Assembly: GCA_040380025.1 (NCBI GenBank)
Contig: JBEIJY010000001.1
Coordinates: forward strand, 1-64,000
Length of the DNA stretch: 64,000 nucleotides
Direction: 5' to 3'
Source: Bdellovibrionales bacterium
GTDB taxonomy: Bacteria > Bdellovibrionota > UBA1018 > CAIMNF01
Shown here: piece by piece, positions 9,692 to 17,967 of the stretch
How positions within the stretch are numbered: the first letter of the stretch is position 1
How the letters are laid out: every line of letters begins with the position of its first letter
The notes under the pieces: generated by a model
What the model was told of the DNA's origin: nothing
The model's database searches: none
The model's input: the letters and a program-made list of their open reading frames with translations, nothing else
Translations under genes and position numbers: made by a program

Positions 9692-9727
9692 TTGACATTC
9701 TAGCAGTCGTACTGCGAGTCGATTCAT
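9644..9727 (-). CDS. Candidate 27-aa small ORF MNRLAVRLLECQLKHDQHQIHLAGPPR
   Basis: GGAGG SD at 9734-9738, 6 nt before the ATG; TAG at 9644-9646; below the ORF-track size cutoff. Confidence 0.4.
   Translation of the reverse strand: MNRLAVRLLECQLKHDQHQIHLAGPPR
9697..9705 (-). promoter_or_regulatory. Extended -10 element (TG-C-TAGAAT) positioned for a TSS near 9690
   Basis: Motif on the minus strand, adjacent to the palindrome GCAGT-CGT-ACTGC (9703-9715). Confidence 0.5.
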
Positions 9728-9847
9728 ATCAACCCTCCATGATTTAAGAATCTCATGCCTGATTACTTTGATCAAGAACTTTTGAATCAAATGACTCAAA
9801 AAAACCCGACAAAACCCACCGTGTCCCGAACGACCCGTTCGGATCCG

Positions 9848-10885
9848 TCAAATCTCAATCGACTCATAAAGCTCCCCGAGGCGATCGAATTCACCTTTGA
9901 ACTCAACCTTTCGCGTAGGCCTCCAAAAAAGATCCGGATGCGAATATTTCGTGAGCCAGGTGCCGCCCGTGATCCTTCCTTCAGAATCCAGCTCCAAAAT
10001 GTAATCCGATTCTTGCTTTCCCGAGGCCCACGAAGAGGTTCCTGTAACAGGCTCCCACTGCGGCCATTCCAGCTCCTCGACGTAATGAAGCGTGGAATGA
10101 ATCCGAAGAGCGCGCGATCCGCCCGCTCCCGCGGCACTTCCGAGCACGGTGAACTCATATCCGATGATGGGCTGATTCCACATTTCTTTGCCGGGATCGA
10201 CCTCGCCCGGAAACGACGTCTTCCGGATTCCGATCTCGTTCGCAAGGATCACATGATACGTGCCCGGGTTGATGTCCCGGCAATTCGGAAGCCCGAGCGA
10301 AAGACCGACGGGACAATAGCGCCCCACCACGATCGAATCAAGCGGCTGTCTCGCCGCCGTGTACGAGAGGAGCCCCTTGATGTCGGAGGACGCAAAAGGA
10401 ATCATGACCCCGTCGGGATTCACGCGGGTCACGGGTCTGGGCTCGCGAAATTGAATCGCCGCCACCGTCCAGCCATCGCAGATTCCGCTCCAATCGGGAG
10501 CCCTTGCGCTCGAGTCCACCCGAGAAATCAGATTCTTCAGGGGATAATCATAACGCCCGCGATACAAATCGTATTTTTCGGTGGGAGACAGCTTTCGCAG
10601 TTCCTCTTGCGACATCTTCAGCACCTCATCTTTGGTGGGTGAAGAGTACCCGATCCCGACCCGGGGTGTTCCGTTCCAGCGAAGGTTGATGCTTCCGTAT
10701 TTTCGGGGCCAATAAATTTCGGACCACGGAAGATCCTTCGATTCGATCTCGCCCTTCAGCGGAAGCGCCTCGAAGCGGAATTCATACCCGTCGCCGAAAC
10801 GCTTCGGATCATTATAGCCGTCCCAAGGTGCCGCAAGCGACATCAAAGGCATCGTCACACCAAACAAAAACCAGCGTATTCTCAT
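9848..10885 (-). CDS. Secreted transglutaminase-elicitor-like protein
   Basis: Signal peptide; PWSEIYWP, LSPTEKYD, WSGICDGW, DIKGLL, WNQPI, YILELD and HPDLFW motifs. Confidence 0.7.
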   Translation of the reverse strand: MRIRWFLFGVTMPLMSLAAPWDGYNDPKRFGDGYEFRFEALPLKGEIESKDLPWSEIYWPRKYGSINLRWNGTPRVGIGYSSPTKDEVLKMSQEELRKLSPTEKYDLYRGRYDYPLKNLISRVDSSARAPDWSGICDGWTVAAIQFREPRPVTRVNPDGVMIPFASSDIKGLLSYTAARQPLDSIVVGRYCPVGLSLGLPNCRDINPGTYHVILANEIGIRKTSFPGEVDPGKEMWNQPIIGYEFTVLGSAAGAGGSRALRIHSTLHYVEELEWPQWEPVTGTSSWASGKQESDYILELDSEGRITGGTWLTKYSHPDLFWRPTRKVEFKGEFDRLGELYESIEI

Positions 10886-11133
10886 CCGTTTTTCTTCCCT
10901 CTTTTTGCCCTTGCGATCTGCTCGTCCAGTTCGGCTTCTTGATCGGCAAATGCGCGATCCGCAAGATCTCCCTTGGGCTCAGGCAGAATCACCGGACGCC
11001 CCGTGAATGCGTCACGCACACGATCCTCAGTCTCGCCCCGCTTGGGCGCATTCGGATCGGGCATCTCTCCCGCCTTGGTGTGAGGAACATTTGATTTTTC
11101 CCGCTCGGGCGGTTTTTTTCCTTGCTGTGGCAT
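10882..11133 (-). CDS. Small charged hypothetical protein (83 aa)
   Basis: AGGAG SD before MPQQGKK; stop overlaps the next start (ATGA). Confidence 0.65.
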   Translation of the reverse strand: MPQQGKKPPEREKSNVPHTKAGEMPDPNAPKRGETEDRVRDAFTGRPVILPEPKGDLADRAFADQEAELDEQIARAKRGKKNG

Positions 11134-11161
11134 GATTGCTCTCCTTTGCGAAAGAAAAGAA

Positions 11162-11177
11162 AGCAAAAAGCGGGCCT
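11162..11177 (-). promoter_or_regulatory. Putative sigma54 (-24/-12) promoter
   Basis: AGGCCC-GCTTT-TTGCT, with GG-N10-GC spacing. Confidence 0.5.
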
Positions 11178-11232
11178 TGATGGATTCACGCCCTGCGCGA
11201 GCGAGAAACCAAGACGGGGACACAAACAGACC

Positions 11233-12027
11233 TTAGCGGGATTTTTTTACCCGGATTGCGCGAACGATGAGAATCACACCCGCCAGCACGAACGGAATGC
11301 TCAGCATTTGTCCGAAGTTCAAAAGGAGTCCCGACTCCTCACCGACCTGGACTTCCTTCACGAACTCAATGCAAAAGCGGGATCCGTACACCACGACCAA
11401 AAAAATGCCGAGCAAGAATCCGTCTCCGAACCGCGAATGGATCTTCTTCTTCAGCAGTCCGAACAAAAAAACAGAAAGACCGAAGTACACAAGCGCTTCG
11501 TAAATCATGGCCGGATGCCTCGGGGTAGAATCGATGCGCGAGAAAACAACTGCCCAGGGGACAGTCGAGGGTGTCCCGAGAATTTCAGAATTGAAAAGGT
11601 TTCCGATCCGGATCATGCCGGCACAGAGAGCCCCCGGGATCGACAGAAGATCGAGCAAATACAAAAGGGAACCTTTGAAGAACCGCCTCTTCCAGAGGTA
11701 CACCCCCAGAATGAACCCGAGCGTCCCGCCGTGGCTTGCAAGACCGCCTTCCCAGATCCGGAGGATCCGCAGAGGATCCGAGAGAAACAAGGCCGGCTCA
11801 TAAATGAGCGCATGCCCGAGGCGCGCACCGATCACCGTACCGAGAATCCCATACAGCAAAATGCGATCGGCTTCCGACAGATCGATCTTCTCGATCCGCC
11901 CGATCGATCGAAACCAACGCAAGCCCAGATAAAATCCGGCTGCAAAACAGGCCCCGTACCATCGGATGGCAAAAGGCCCGAGCTGGACGAGTTCAGGATC
12001 CGCATTCCAATGAAAAAAATCCCCCAT
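11233..12027 (-). CDS. lgt: Prolipoprotein diacylglyceryl transferase
   Basis: IRWYG, GARLGH, IWEGGLASHGG, RIGNLFNSEI and RHPAMIYEA motifs. Confidence 0.97.
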   Translation of the reverse strand: MGDFFHWNADPELVQLGPFAIRWYGACFAAGFYLGLRWFRSIGRIEKIDLSEADRILLYGILGTVIGARLGHALIYEPALFLSDPLRILRIWEGGLASHGGTLGFILGVYLWKRRFFKGSLLYLLDLLSIPGALCAGMIRIGNLFNSEILGTPSTVPWAVVFSRIDSTPRHPAMIYEALVYFGLSVFLFGLLKKKIHSRFGDGFLLGIFLVVVYGSRFCIEFVKEVQVGEESGLLLNFGQMLSIPFVLAGVILIVRAIRVKKSR

Positions 12028-12033
12028 AATCGA

Positions 12034-12042
12034 ATCCTAGCA
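12034..12042 (-). promoter_or_regulatory. Extended -10 promoter, 6 nt before the lgt ATG (leaderless)
   Basis: TG-C-TAGGAT-TCGATT-ATG with no SD. Confidence 0.55.
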
Positions 12043-12070
12043 CAGTCAAAAAGGGACCGGGCATCGTTGT

Positions 12071-12099
12071 TTGACAATCCCGGCACGAATTCCTAGATT
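12071..12099 (+). promoter_or_regulatory. Sigma70 promoter, 7 nt before ATG 12107 (leaderless)
   Basis: TTGACA-17-TAGATT-TCCGTTC-ATG. Confidence 0.7.
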
Positions 12100-12106
12100 T
12101 CCGTTC

Positions 12107-13198
12107 ATGAGATCCCTGATCCGGTCCCTCCTCCTTCTGCAAATCCTTGCGGCCTGCTCCAGCGCGCCCACCACACCTTCGGTCGAGGTCGCCCCGCCCG
12201 CGCCTCTTCCCGACGGCATCCTGATGCGGGCACGGAGCGGAATCGGCGAGGATTCATTGCGGGTTTTAAAGGAGCCGTATGCGCAAGCAAGAGCGATCAC
12301 CGTGTATGTCGCCACGAACCGCGAACGAGAAACGACCGAGCGGGGTGACTCGCTCTTGTTCGGGAGAGCCGACGTCTGGGTGCCCGGCAACCACCCGATC
12401 GGAACCCTGGGCGAGGACTTCAAATCAGGGAGCCTCGAACCGCTTGCGATCGAGGATTGGAAGGCGGCCATCCGAAAGAACACGGATTGGGGAATCCTGG
12501 TATTTGTTCATGGCTTCAATGTGACTTTCCCGGAAGCCCTGCTCCGGGCCGCACAGATCGCCTATGACATGAAATTCCAAGGGCAGGTGGTGCTTTTTTC
12601 GTGGCCGGCCGGTGCGCGCGGGGGATTCTTCGAAAAGAACCTGATCCTGCGGACCTATGAGCGGAATCTGCAAAATGCGCGCGAAAGCATCGACGCCGCG
12701 ACCCGCGTTTTTGAAGAGCTTTTGTCGCTCTCGATTCCCGTTCAGGTGCTCGTGCACTCCATGGGACACCAGGTGGTGGTTCCCGCCCTGCAGCGCGCCT
12801 CCACAGGAACAGGTGCCGCACGTCCTTGGATTCAAGAGCTGATTCTGAACGCACCCGATCTGGATCCTTCAGAATTCGAGGCGGCACGGGAGGGCCTTGG
12901 ACGGGTGGCGAAGCGGATCACGATTTACTGTTCGCGCACGGATCAGGCACTTCGCGCCTCGAAGGCATTTCACGGGTCCGCTCGCCTCGGAAGCTGTTCT
13001 GCGTTTGCCGGAGTCGATGTGATCAACGTGAGCGAGGTGGATGACCCCGGACTTACCGGGCTAGGGCATGGCTATTACTCCTCGCGCCCCGTGCTCACGG
13101 ACATTTACCAGGTCATCTTGGGCATTCCGGCCGAACGGCGCCTTTTCATGCGGGCTTCCTCTTCTTCCGCGCAAGAGAACTTCATCCTTCGCCGGTGA
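12107..13198 (+). CDS. Alpha/beta hydrolase lipoprotein (DUF900-like)
   Basis: Lipobox LAAC; VFVHGFN, FSWP, HSMG and GHGYY motifs. Confidence 0.85.
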   Translation: MRSLIRSLLLLQILAACSSAPTTPSVEVAPPAPLPDGILMRARSGIGEDSLRVLKEPYAQARAITVYVATNRERETTERGDSLLFGRADVWVPGNHPIGTLGEDFKSGSLEPLAIEDWKAAIRKNTDWGILVFVHGFNVTFPEALLRAAQIAYDMKFQGQVVLFSWPAGARGGFFEKNLILRTYERNLQNARESIDAATRVFEELLSLSIPVQVLVHSMGHQVVVPALQRASTGTGAARPWIQELILNAPDLDPSEFEAAREGLGRVAKRITIYCSRTDQALRASKAFHGSARLGSCSAFAGVDVINVSEVDDPGLTGLGHGYYSSRPVLTDIYQVILGIPAERRLFMRASSSSAQENFILRR

Positions 13199-13234
13199 AG
13201 CTCTGCGAGCACACCGAGGGGTGATCCCTCAGGC

Positions 13235-13250
13235 TGGCGCGGGAGTTGCT
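13235..13250 (+). promoter_or_regulatory. Putative sigma54 promoter
   Basis: TGGCGC-GGGAG-TTGCT. Confidence 0.65.
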
Positions 13251-13265
13251 TCAATTGGATACGAC

Positions 13266-13775
13266 ATGAGAACCGTATCCGGAAATTTCGAACGAATTGA
13301 TGTGCGTCCCAAAAAAACAAGACACCGCTGGTATGTGCTGGCGAACCGCGTGGGGGCGGTCATTTACGAGGATCTTCCCGACGCCCCCTTTCACTTTGTC
13401 GAGCGGATGAAAAATCCGAAGGGCCATGCCCTCGAAGGTCAGCTCGACTCGGATCGTCCCGGAATGATGCGCTCGAGCGCCGGAAACGGCTCGATCCATC
13501 ACGGCATGGACAAGACCTTTCGGCACCATGAACGTGCGGCCGCTGCATTCGCGAAAGCGATCGCACGGAAGCTGCTGGCAAAAAAGAGAACCGGAAAATT
13601 CACGGAGCTTGTGATCGCGGCAGAGCCGCATTTTCTGGGTCTGATCCGGCAGGAACTTGCACCCGAGCTGAAGCCCTTGATCGCCCATGAGATCAACCGC
13701 GAGTACCTCGAGGGATCCGATCAGGAAATGCGAAAGGCGATTCTCGGTGCCATCCTGAAAAAAGAGCGCAAGTGA
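13266..13775 (+). CDS. Host-attachment family protein (baeRF12-like, aeRF1-related fold)
   Basis: WYVLAN...LDSDRPG...FAKAIA...LVIAAEPHFLGLIR pattern; the start is uncertain. Confidence 0.8.
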   Translation: MRTVSGNFERIDVRPKKTRHRWYVLANRVGAVIYEDLPDAPFHFVERMKNPKGHALEGQLDSDRPGMMRSSAGNGSIHHGMDKTFRHHERAAAAFAKAIARKLLAKKRTGKFTELVIAAEPHFLGLIRQELAPELKPLIAHEINREYLEGSDQEMRKAILGAILKKERK

Positions 13776-13859
13776 ACCGACTTTCCAATCCCGGAATCCA
13801 GGACCCGCGGAATGCGAGCCCGAGATTCCGGGAATCGCTCAGCAAAAACAGCCCCTCAT

Positions 13860-14318
13860 TCAGCCGAAGCGGGGGCGACGTTCACTCTCGACCTGGTGTT
13901 GACGTTCCGTCACCTTCACCACCTCGTTCAGCTCATCCGAGAGGATGGCCATCAGCTCATGGGTCGAAACAATGCCCATCAGGACCCCTTCCGAATCCGT
14001 GAGCGGAATGCGCTTCACCCCGTGCTCCTTCATCAGATTGAGCACGTGATTCAGGCTGTCGTTCTTCTTCGCCGTGACCAGCGTCGAAGACATCACATCT
14101 TTCACATAGATGCTGTTCGGCGGAATTCCGAATGCGCTCGTGCTGACCACAATGTCGCGATCGGTGATGATCCCGAGCGGGATCTTGCGTCCGGCCTTCT
14201 GATCGACCACGATCACGCTTCCCACATGATGGTCCCGCATCGCCTTTGCGGCCTCGAGCATGGTGGCGTTTTCAGGAACCGTGATGACGTTCTTATTCGC
14301 GATTTTTTCAAGAATCAT
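13860..14318 (-). CDS. CBS-pair domain protein
   Basis: Two CBS repeats (GIITDRDIV; VKRIPL..GIVS); AGGAG SD. Confidence 0.9.
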   Translation of the reverse strand: MILEKIANKNVITVPENATMLEAAKAMRDHHVGSVIVVDQKAGRKIPLGIITDRDIVVSTSAFGIPPNSIYVKDVMSSTLVTAKKNDSLNHVLNLMKEHGVKRIPLTDSEGVLMGIVSTHELMAILSDELNEVVKVTERQHQVESERRPRFG

Positions 14319-14352
14319 GATGGATCTCCTCTTTTCCTCGGAATTCCGGAAC

Positions 14353-14368
14353 TGCAAAGCCGGTGCCA
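14353..14368 (-). promoter_or_regulatory. Sigma54 promoter for the CBS gene
   Basis: TGGCAC-CGGCT-TTGCA, near-perfect consensus. Confidence 0.75.
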
Positions 14369-14418
14369 CTCCGGGATACCGGCCCCGTTGGACCGATTCT
14401 TGCTTTTCCCTGAACGGC

Positions 14419-15168
14419 ATGAATGATCGAATTCCAGAAAACGAAGTTCATCACCGCGAAGTCATCCTCTCTGACCCGAGACACTCGCTCCGCCTGCGAG
14501 GCACCCTCCGGGCTCCCCTGGCCCCGATCGGATGGGTGATTTTCGCGCACGGATCGGGGAGCAGCCGCCTGAGCCCTCGCAACATCCAGGTCGCGAAGGC
14601 GCTGAATCAGGCGCATATCGCCACACTCCTGTTCGACCTCCTGACCGAACCCGAATCGCAAGATCGCAAGAATGTTTTTGATCTCGGCCTTTTGTCAGAG
14701 CGGCTCCTTCTTGCGACAAAATGGCTCAAAAACCAAATGGACTACAATCACGCTCCGATCGCCTATTTCGGTGCGAGCACCGGCGCGGGAGCGGCCCTGG
14801 TCGCGGCGGCCGCGCTGAAAGACGGAATCCGTGCCGTGGTTTCCCGGGGCGGAAGAGTCGACATGGCAAGAAAAGAAGCGCACGAGGTGACCGCTCCCGT
14901 GCTCCTCATCGTGGGAGGCTGGGACGAGCCGGTGCTCACGTGGAATCGCGAGATGCTCTCGCATCTCCCCCGCGCCCAGCTCAGAGTGATTCCGAGGGCG
15001 ACTCACTTGTTCGAGGAGCCCCACGCTCTTCCGTCCGTGATCGAAACCGCGATTCAGTTTCTCTCGGATCAATTCTTGTCCGCCGAACCCCCCGTTTCCG
15101 AAAAACCACGCGGTGAAAATGCGAAATATTTGGATTTGGGCGAATCTTCCACTACACTGTTTCCATGA
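14419..15168 (+). CDS. Dienelactone-hydrolase-like alpha/beta hydrolase (PRTase-associated type)
   Basis: FAHGSGSSRLSPRN, GASTG, VSRGGR and ATHLFEE motifs. Confidence 0.85.
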   Translation: MNDRIPENEVHHREVILSDPRHSLRLRGTLRAPLAPIGWVIFAHGSGSSRLSPRNIQVAKALNQAHIATLLFDLLTEPESQDRKNVFDLGLLSERLLLATKWLKNQMDYNHAPIAYFGASTGAGAALVAAAALKDGIRAVVSRGGRVDMARKEAHEVTAPVLLIVGGWDEPVLTWNREMLSHLPRAQLRVIPRATHLFEEPHALPSVIETAIQFLSDQFLSAEPPVSEKPRGENAKYLDLGESSTTLFP

Positions 15169-15560
15169 AAATGATTTATCTTCTTTTTCTGCTCCCCGTC
15201 CTCCTGCTCGGAAGCAAAACCCTGAGCGATCCCTACCAGTCCCCGAGCTCGCCCTGGAACGACCTTGATTCTGGAAGCGTGGTCCGGCTGAAGTCGGAAC
15301 TCGAGGTAACAGAAGACTTCCTCCTTCCCGCAGGGACACGCTTTGTAGTCGAGAATCATCAGATCCTGAGCCCGCCCTCGATCGCCATTTTGAATCTGCA
15401 CATCGAGTCCTGCGGTCGCGAAATCGCATCAAGGGAAGTCCCGCTTGTGATTCTCGATGAGATCATCGGCTTCGAAATGAGCCGAAACTGCCGGATCGCC
15501 CTGTACCTCGAACTCAGCGATTATTACCAAGAAAGCCTTTTCGAGCTCGAGCCCCAATGA
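15165..15560 (+). CDS. Hypothetical exported protein
   Basis: Signal-like N-terminus; ATGA overlaps with both neighbours. Confidence 0.6.
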   Translation: MKMIYLLFLLPVLLLGSKTLSDPYQSPSSPWNDLDSGSVVRLKSELEVTEDFLLPAGTRFVVENHQILSPPSIAILNLHIESCGREIASREVPLVILDEIIGFEMSRNCRIALYLELSDYYQESLFELEPQ

Positions 15561-16069
15561 GCATCCCCCATCTTGTGCCCTTCGATCTTGATCCGGCGGA
15601 TTCCCGCAGGATTCATCCCGGATTTCCCGACTGGGAGCGGAGCTTTGTATCAGGCCCGGAGAGTCCGCTTTTCCGCGTTTCCCATGCGCTCTCGAATCGC
15701 GATCCGAATGTTCTCTTCACCGAGACGGTTTTTCTCGCGCGGGCGGAAGGACCTCCGGGCCATGTGCACGGCGGCGCCTCGGCCGGACTCCTCGATGAAG
15801 TGATGGGCGTCCTGGTCTGGCACCACGAGTACCGGAGCGTGACTCAGTCGATCCAGGTTCACTATCGAAGGGCGATTCCACTCACCATGAAAGCCATGAT
15901 CGTGAGCCGGATCATTGCGGTCCATGAAAAAACGATCGAGGTCCATTCGACCCTGTACGACGAAAAGAAAATCGCGCACGTGACCTCGCAGGGGGTTTTT
16001 CATCGCCTACGGGCGGAGCAGCTCGAACGATTTCGCGATCAAAAAGGAACGGATCTGAGGGGGTCTTAG
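15557..16069 (+). CDS. PaaI-family (hot-dog fold) thioesterase
   Basis: EGPPGHVHGGASAGLLDEVMG motif. Confidence 0.88.
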   Translation: MSIPHLVPFDLDPADSRRIHPGFPDWERSFVSGPESPLFRVSHALSNRDPNVLFTETVFLARAEGPPGHVHGGASAGLLDEVMGVLVWHHEYRSVTQSIQVHYRRAIPLTMKAMIVSRIIAVHEKTIEVHSTLYDEKKIAHVTSQGVFHRLRAEQLERFRDQKGTDLRGS

Positions 16070-16096
16070 GAAGCCAAGCGGCCGAGAGGACCCTGA

Positions 16097-16882
16097 TTAC
16101 TCGCGCGAGCAGATGTCGCGCAGGGAAACCGTGAATTCCACCCGGCGGTTCTTCGAGTCATCCGAGGCGAGTCCCCGCGAGTTCATGCTCCAGGCACGAC
16201 GGGATGCGATCCCCCGCGGACAAAACCGCTCCTCGTCCATTTTTTGGTTTTTGACGAAGAACTTCATCACCGAGATCGCCCGCTCGGTCGAAAACAGATA
16301 CGGATCCTCCCCGCTCAAGGGGGGCTTCCGGTCCAAGTGGCCTTCAATCAACACATTGCCTTGGACTTTTTGAAAGATCTTCGCCAATTGCTCGAGACGC
16401 TTGTGTGCTTCGGGCCGGAGCTCCACTCCGCCCTCGACGAACAGCTCGTCTCCCGGAATCGAGAACTTGAGCTCATCAACATCGTTGTCGAGCTCGAGCC
16501 CGAAGGTGATGTCTCCGAGCTTCGACTCGATTTCTTCTTTCAGATCCCGGAGAGGCTTCTGCACGAGGTCCTCGGGAACAAGGCCGTCCGCTCCGCGCTG
16601 GACCGAATCCCCGTGACCCATTTTTTCTCCTAACGGGTATGCCTCGGTCGATTTTTCGTCGCGACCCTGATTGTATGGCGTGTTCGGGTGGTTGAAGTAA
16701 TGCGAGACAATCGACTTGGTCTCCTCGTCGGCGCTCGTGAGCCAGAGCACCAGGAAGAACGCCATCATCGCGGTCACGAAGTCGGCATATGCCACCTTCC
16801 AGGCTCCCCCATGACCCCCGCCATGGCCGGCCTGTACCTTCTTGATGACGATCGTGACTCCCTTTTCTTTGTCTTTTGCCAC
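16097..16882 (-). CDS. motB: Flagellar motor stator MotB
   Basis: GAWKVAYADFVTAMMAFFLVLW; OmpA-like C-terminus NRRVEF. Confidence 0.95.
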   Translation of the reverse strand: MAKDKEKGVTIVIKKVQAGHGGGHGGAWKVAYADFVTAMMAFFLVLWLTSADEETKSIVSHYFNHPNTPYNQGRDEKSTEAYPLGEKMGHGDSVQRGADGLVPEDLVQKPLRDLKEEIESKLGDITFGLELDNDVDELKFSIPGDELFVEGGVELRPEAHKRLEQLAKIFQKVQGNVLIEGHLDRKPPLSGEDPYLFSTERAISVMKFFVKNQKMDEERFCPRGIASRRAWSMNSRGLASDDSKNRRVEFTVSLRDICSRE

Positions 16883-16896
16883 GTCTTACCTCGGGG

Positions 16897-17754
16897 TTAA
16901 GCGGCCGCTTTCTGACCGGAAGTCGCCTTATCCACTTCCTCGAAGCTCGGACGAACCCCCGGCGGAACGGTTCTTCTCGCGAACTCCACGCAAACCTTCG
17001 GGGCGCATTCCTTTGCGAGCGCCAGAATCGCCGAACGGACCACATCGATGTATTTTCCGGCCTCATGGATGTCGGCTTCGATCTTGGTCGAAAGGGGCTG
17101 CATGAATCCGTACGAAGCCAGAATCCCGATGAAGGTTCCGACCAGGGCGGCCGCAACGTTCCGTCCAATCGCCTCCTTTCCTTCGGAGAGGGCTCCCATG
17201 GTGATGACCACCCCGAGAACCGCCGCAACGATCCCGAGACCCGGCATCGCATCCCCGAGTTTCGAGATGTATCCCGGAGCATGGAGCTCCTCTTCGTGCG
17301 CGGACTTGATGTCCTTGTCCATCAGGTCCTCGAGATCATAAGGACTCATGGGCGATGAGATCTGCACCTTCAGCGTGTCGCAAATGAAGTGAAGCGCATG
17401 GTGATTGGCAAGAACTCCGGGATAGCGCTTGAAGATTTCGGACGCTTCGGGTTTTTCGACATGCGGTTCGAGCGAAAGCGGGTTTGTTTTTACAACCTTG
17501 CAAAGTTCGTAGAGGCACATCAAAAGTTCGAGGTACTGCTCCTTCGTGGTGGGCTTGGATTTGATCGAGTGAAGAATGGAGTGGACGATTCCCTTCAGCT
17601 GATTCGGGGAGTTCGCCATCAGGGCGGCGCCGGCCGCGGCGCCGAAGATGATCAAAAACTCGGTGGGCTGGTTCAAGACCATGATGTTCCCGTGGTGGAG
17701 CACATACCCCCCGAGAACACACCCAATCACGACGATCGCACCGACGATAACCAT
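16897..17754 (-). CDS. motA: Flagellar motor stator MotA
   Basis: PGLGIVAAVLGVV, ALVGTFIG and EFARR motifs. Confidence 0.96.
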   Translation of the reverse strand: MVIVGAIVVIGCVLGGYVLHHGNIMVLNQPTEFLIIFGAAAGAALMANSPNQLKGIVHSILHSIKSKPTTKEQYLELLMCLYELCKVVKTNPLSLEPHVEKPEASEIFKRYPGVLANHHALHFICDTLKVQISSPMSPYDLEDLMDKDIKSAHEEELHAPGYISKLGDAMPGLGIVAAVLGVVITMGALSEGKEAIGRNVAAALVGTFIGILASYGFMQPLSTKIEADIHEAGKYIDVVRSAILALAKECAPKVCVEFARRTVPPGVRPSFEEVDKATSGQKAAA

Positions 17755-17772
17755 AGTTTTTCCTCAAAACCC

Positions 17773-17800
17773 GTATCGGCCGACTCTGGGTGGAACTTGA
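17773..17800 (-). promoter_or_regulatory. Sigma28 (FliA) promoter for motAB
   Basis: TCAAG-N15-GCCGATAC. Confidence 0.7.
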
Positions 17801-17967
17801 CTCCGTTCCGCCGCAAACCCCCCGCCCAGGGGAGGATCACAGCGGACTCCTGCCCCGGATCAAGAGAAACACCTTGATATCACGCCATTTTCGACCATTC
17901 CCTTTGATCTTTTTCGCGTTATTTTTTTATTGCGCCGTTTTTTTGACTCTGGAAGAATCGCCTTCGG

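Noticed and set aside
9440..9740. tmRNA, SRP RNA or c-di-GMP-I riboswitch as the identity of the structured RNA
   Set aside because: No T-loop or CCA end, no GGAA-loop/AGCAG SRP motif, and only loose GEMM similarity without the GAAA tetraloop. A covariance-model search is still needed.
5600..9800. Complete DGR cassette next to the adhesin
   Set aside because: No reverse transcriptase, Avd or template repeat was seen; ung follows directly.
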